Source: Alphaproteobacteria bacterium
GTDB lineage: Bacteria > Pseudomonadota > Alphaproteobacteria > SP197
DNA length: 64,000 nucleotides
Direction of reading: 5' to 3'
Assembly (NCBI GenBank): GCA_965228895.1
Contig: OZ245842.1
Span: forward strand, 4,000,001 to 4,064,000
The notes below the pieces were generated by a model, which worked only from the letters and a program-made list of their open reading frames with translations, had not been told where the DNA came from and made no database searches. Of the stretch, positions 59,974 through 64,000 are shown piece by piece. Within the stretch, counting starts at the first letter, position 1, and every line of letters begins with the position of its first letter. A program made the position numbers and the translations under genes.

Positions 59974-61701
59974 ATGAACGACGTTCCCTATATCGACGAT
60001 ATCATCTTCTTCCTGGGCACCGCGGTGCTGGTCGCGCCGTTGTGCTCGCGGCTGAAGGTATCGCCGATTCTGGGTTATCTGGGCGCCGGCGTTCTGATCG
60101 GCCCTTCCGTGTTCGGGATCGTCCGGGTCGACGACACGACCCATTGGCTCGCCGAACTGGGCATTGTCTTTCTGCTGTTCATGATCGGGCTGGAGCTGTC
60201 GATCGAGCGGCTCCGGGTCATGCGCCGCTATGTGCTGGGACTGGGCTTGGCCCAGGTGGTGGTCTCGACCGCCGTCTTTGCCGCTCTATTCACGCTGGTC
60301 GGCTTTGGGCCCGACGCCGCCATTATCATCGGCTGGGCGCTGGCATTGTCGTCGACCGCTTTCGTTCTGCAAATCCTGAGCGAACGCAACGAGGTGGCGA
60401 CGCATACGGGCCGCGCAAGCGTGGCTGTCCTTTTGCTGCAGGATCTCGCCGTTGTTCCCATTCTCGTCCTGATCCCGTTGCTTGCGTCCGGCGAAAGAGA
60501 CATCTTGGGCAGTCTCGCCGAGGCGGCCGCGGAAGCCGCCATCGCCTTGGTCGCCATTTTCATCGTCGGCCGGTTCGTGCTGCGGCGCCTGTTTCGCCTC
60601 GTCGCGGCGACCGGGATCCCGGAGGTGTTTGTCGCGGCGACCCTGCTCGCCATTCTGGTCACCGGTGTGGTCACCGATCTGGTCGGTCTTTCCTATGCGC
60701 TTGGTGCGTTCTTGGCCGGTCTTCTGATGTCAGGCACCGAATTCCGCCACCAGATCGCCGCCGACATCCAGCCGTTCCGCGGACTGTTGCTCGGCCTTTT
60801 CTTCATCACCGTCGGCATGGGCGTGGACGTGCGGACCATGGCCGCCGACATCACCCTGATCGTGCCGCTGACCGTGGCGCTCATCATCATCAAGGCGATC
60901 ATCATCTTCTTCTTGGGCCTGGTCTTCGGTATGTCGAAGGACATCGCGTTCCGGACCGGCATGTACCTCGCCCAAGGCGGTGAATTTGCTTTTGTTATCC
61001 TTGGGTTGGCTCTTTCGAAGGGTTTGGTTGGATCGGATGTTACGAACGTTCTGATCGGCACTGTCGTGCTGTCTATGGCGGTGACGCCGCTGCTTGTCAG
61101 CCTGTCGCACCGCGGCGTGCGTTTGGTGATGGAACGGTCCGATGACGGCATTGGCGCCCTGCGCAAGGAGGCAGCGGTGCTGGATGACCACGTGATCGTC
61201 GGCGGCTACGGCCGTGTCGGTCAGACCGTGGCAGCGGCGCTCAAACAGCGCGGCATCCCGTTCATCGCGGTCGACATGGACGGCAACAACGTGGCGCTGG
61301 GCAACCGGCGCGGCGACCCCGTCTATTTCGGCGATTTGACCCGGGCCAGTGTCATGGGCGCGGCAGGCGCGCAGCGTGCCCGCGCGCTGGTCATTGCGTT
61401 GGACGGCGTCAGCACGGCCGAACGACTCATGCAGACCGTTAGAGAGCACTACGCGCACCTGCACGTCATCGCGCGAACCCGCGACAGAGAGCAGGCGCGC
61501 AAGCTGGAAGACGCCGGCGCGCGCGCGGCCGTGCCCGATACGCTGGAGGCAAGCCTTCATATCGCCGCGCACCTGCTGCGCGACCTCGGCGACGATGCCG
61601 AAGAAATCGAACGCCTGATGGCCGCCCTCAGGCGCGACAACTACGACCTTCTCGACCGGCTTATCAGCCACCCGCCGCCGCGCAGGGAAGCGGCCGAGTA
61701 G
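59974..61701 (+). CDS. CPA2 monovalent cation:proton antiporter with TrkA-N domain (KefB/KefC-like)
   Basis: ALSSTA, LLLQD, LGAFLAG, PFRGLLLGLFF, QGGEFAFV, GYGRVG. Confidence 0.92.
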   Translation: MNDVPYIDDIIFFLGTAVLVAPLCSRLKVSPILGYLGAGVLIGPSVFGIVRVDDTTHWLAELGIVFLLFMIGLELSIERLRVMRRYVLGLGLAQVVVSTAVFAALFTLVGFGPDAAIIIGWALALSSTAFVLQILSERNEVATHTGRASVAVLLLQDLAVVPILVLIPLLASGERDILGSLAEAAAEAAIALVAIFIVGRFVLRRLFRLVAATGIPEVFVAATLLAILVTGVVTDLVGLSYALGAFLAGLLMSGTEFRHQIAADIQPFRGLLLGLFFITVGMGVDVRTMAADITLIVPLTVALIIIKAIIIFFLGLVFGMSKDIAFRTGMYLAQGGEFAFVILGLALSKGLVGSDVTNVLIGTVVLSMAVTPLLVSLSHRGVRLVMERSDDGIGALRKEAAVLDDHVIVGGYGRVGQTVAAALKQRGIPFIAVDMDGNNVALGNRRGDPVYFGDLTRASVMGAAGAQRARALVIALDGVSTAERLMQTVREHYAHLHVIARTRDREQARKLEDAGARAAVPDTLEASLHIAAHLLRDLGDDAEEIERLMAALRRDNYDLLDRLISHPPPRREAAE

Positions 61702-61716
61702 CGCACGCGCGCCGTC

Positions 61717-62595
61717 CTAGGGCGTTTCGCCCATTCTCCGCCGCAGGTGCTCGCGATGCAGCACGTAAAGCCCGGCACCCACGATCAGCAGCACGCCGAC
61801 CATCGCGATTTCATCCGGCAGCGTGCCGAACACCACGAATGCCGCGAGCGTCGTGAACAGGATGTGCGTATAGGAGAGCGGCGCCAGGAGCGACGATTCG
61901 CCAAGCGAAAACGCCTTGATATGAAAGAAGTGGGCGGCGATGCCGATGGCGCTGATGCCCAATAAGAGGAGCCATTGATCGAGGCTCGGCCACTGCCAGA
62001 CCCAGGGCAGCGCGAACGTGCCAAGAAGCGCCATTGCGGCGACCGAATAGAACAGGCTGGTCGCCCAGCTATCATCGCGTCCGACCAAACGGGTCAAGAT
62101 GACATAGATGGCTGACATCACAGCGTCGATCAGCGGCAGGAAATACATCCAGTGACGGCCTTCCATGCCGGGCTGAATGATCAGGAGCGCCCCGATGAAA
62201 CCCACCGCGCACGCCAACCAGCGCCTGACGCCGACGGCCTCGCGAAGCAGAACCGCGGCGATCGCGGTGGCGAACATCGGCCAGACAAAAACGATCGTCA
62301 CCGCGTCGGCCAGCGGCACGCGGTAGAGCGAGAAGAAGAACGCCAGCCCGGCGATGACCAGGCACAGCGAGCGCGCCGCCTGTTTGCCGAAGTGACGGGT
62401 CCGCGCCAACGCCAGCGGCGAGGTCCTGAAGATGATCGGCAGAATCGTCACGGTGATCACCGCACGCACCCAGAGCACCTGGATCGGGCTCATGTTCTCG
62501 TACGCGATGAGTTGCTTGGCGAACAGCTCCATCACCGTGAAGAACCCGCTGGCGATCAGCATAAAGCCGACTGCCCGCGCGTTATCGGTCAGCAC
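61717..62595 (-). CDS. DMT/EamA family transporter
   Basis: About 10 TM helices, duplicated EamA pattern, LREAVGVRRW, LAPLSY. Confidence 0.9.
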   Translation of the reverse strand: MLTDNARAVGFMLIASGFFTVMELFAKQLIAYENMSPIQVLWVRAVITVTILPIIFRTSPLALARTRHFGKQAARSLCLVIAGLAFFFSLYRVPLADAVTIVFVWPMFATAIAAVLLREAVGVRRWLACAVGFIGALLIIQPGMEGRHWMYFLPLIDAVMSAIYVILTRLVGRDDSWATSLFYSVAAMALLGTFALPWVWQWPSLDQWLLLLGISAIGIAAHFFHIKAFSLGESSLLAPLSYTHILFTTLAAFVVFGTLPDEIAMVGVLLIVGAGLYVLHREHLRRRMGETP

Positions 62596-62642
62596 GATAC
62601 CGACCGGACACGCGCTACCGGACTTAGATCAGATTTGGGGTA

Positions 62643-63065
62643 TCAGGAAGGACGGTTGGCGAAACTGCTCGACGACGAACGATCGCGCGAGCTCGTCTTG
62701 CTGACATAGGCTACCGAGCAATGCTCCGCGCAATAGGGTTTGCCCGGCGTGCTCGTCTTGCCGCAGAAGTGGAAGTCGGCGTCGCCGGGATCGCCGAACG
62801 GCCAGCGGCACATGTTGGGGCCCAAGTCGACGACGTCGTTGACACGCTGAGGTTCCTGTTTGGGCGCCGGCGCTTTTTTCTTCGGCGCCGCGGCCTCGTC
62901 TTTCTTGCCGGCGATCGGCGACGGACGGGGCTTCAAGCCCAGGCGGTGCGACTTGCCGACAACCGCGTTCTTCGAGACGTTCAGCGCCCGGCCAATCTCG
63001 GCCGTGCTGAGGCCCTCGTTCCAAAGGCGTTTGAGTTCTTCGATCTGTTCGTCGGTCCAGGCCAT
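62643..63065 (-). CDS. gcrA: GcrA cell cycle regulator
   Basis: MAWTDEQIEELKRLWNEGLS...SKNAVVGKSHRLGL; CRWPFGDP...FCG...PYCAEH. Confidence 0.93.
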   Translation of the reverse strand: MAWTDEQIEELKRLWNEGLSTAEIGRALNVSKNAVVGKSHRLGLKPRPSPIAGKKDEAAAPKKKAPAPKQEPQRVNDVVDLGPNMCRWPFGDPGDADFHFCGKTSTPGKPYCAEHCSVAYVSKTSSRDRSSSSSFANRPS

Positions 63066-63327
63066 GACGGGTCTCCGGGTGCAGGCTGGTCAGCGCCATC
63101 GCGCCCTAAGGGGCCGCGCGTGTCGCTGCCGCGGGGGATGTTGGTTGGCCGCGCACCATGAGCGCGCGCCATCGCCAGGTCAATATGGTTGTGAGGCCGG
63201 AAACATCAAACCCCTTGGGCACGTCAATGTCGCCCCCAGCCCGCATGCTGGCAAGGTTGAACCTGACCGACAAACGAAAAAACAACAATTCCAAGGCGTT
63301 AGGCGCGAAAACCTTGGCTGCAACGGT

Positions 63328-64000
63328 CTAGGCGATGGTCGCCGACAGGCGGTCGCGCAGGGGTTCGGTGGTCGATGCGCGCCACGCCGGCAGCACCACC
63401 GTGATGGCCGTACCTTCGCCGCGCTGGCTGACAATCTTGAGTTCGCCGCCATGCAGTTCGACCAAGGACCGGCTCAACGGCAAGCCGAGGCCGGTACCCT
63501 CGTGGCGTCGCGACAGTGACCCGTCGACCTGACGGAACGGTTCCAGTGCCAGCGTGATCTCGTCCTCGGTCATGCCGATGCCGTCATCGATAACCGACAG
63601 CAGGATCTCTCCATCGCTACCCAACTCGGCGCGCAGAACGATGGTGCCCATCTTCGAGGTAAACTTGACGGCGTTGGAAAGCAGGTTCAGCAGCACCTGT
63701 TTGATCTTGCGGCCATCGACCAGCAGCGGCGGGTAGTTGTCCGGCACGTCGACATCCAGCGTCACACCGTTTTCGTCGACACGGGCCTGCATCAAACGCG
63801 CGACGCCATAGGTCAGCTCCTCGATACCGACGATGTCTTCGGACAGTTCCATCTGACCGGCTTCGACCTTGGACAGATCAAGAATGTCGTTGATGACGGC
63901 CAGCAGATGTTCACCACTGTCGTGAATGTCGACCATGTAGTCGGCATAACGGGCATCACCGAGCTTGCCGAACAACTCGTTCATCATCAGATCCGAGAAA
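63328..64000 (-). CDS. Sensor histidine kinase (PleC/DivJ-like HisKA-HATPase); 5' part outside the window
   Basis: FSDLMMNELFG, HLLAVINDILDLSK, NLLSNAVKFT, DDGIG, GTGLGL. Confidence 0.92.
   Translation of the reverse strand, partial: FSDLMMNELFGKLGDARYADYMVDIHDSGEHLLAVINDILDLSKVEAGQMELSEDIVGIEELTYGVARLMQARVDENGVTLDVDVPDNYPPLLVDGRKIKQVLLNLLSNAVKFTSKMGTIVLRAELGSDGEILLSVIDDGIGMTEDEITLALEPFRQVDGSLSRRHEGTGLGLPLSRSLVELHGGELKIVSQRGEGTAITVVLPAWRASTTEPLRDRLSATIA

Noticed and set aside
63066-63327. CtrA boxes or GANTC sites upstream of gcrA
   Set aside because: No TTAA-N7-TTAA or GANTC seen by eye

Overview
High-GC chromosomal window from an alphaproteobacterium, probably Rhodospirillales-like. The taxonomy is inferred from gcrA, class I lysS, the zapB-like/zapA/6S/ygfA block and the class I fba-thiE-efp-suhB order. 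About 60 genes: housekeeping (lysS, DinG helicase, 6S RNA, tkt, gap, pgk, fbaB, efp, suhB, rpmE, rlmD-like, greA, gcrA) interleaved with transporters (TRAP, polyamine ABC, znuA, MFS, ABC exporter, KefB-like, DMT) and many orphan hydrolases and oxidoreductases. I saw no rRNA, tRNA, CRISPR array, integrase, transposase or phage gene. Three main leads: (1) a three-gene ion-motor-like module (secreted OmpA-domain protein, MotA/ZorA-like, MotB/ZorB-like with a ~290-aa coiled coil) with no flagellar, Tol/Ton or Zorya effector genes nearby; (2) two copies of a long palindromic element whose 15-nt loop is exactly inverted between copies, with a compensatory stem change; (3) a lone, very His-rich znuA with a perfect Zur-like box splitting tkt from gap. 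All product calls come from reading motifs by eye; no searches were run, and start codons are best estimates.
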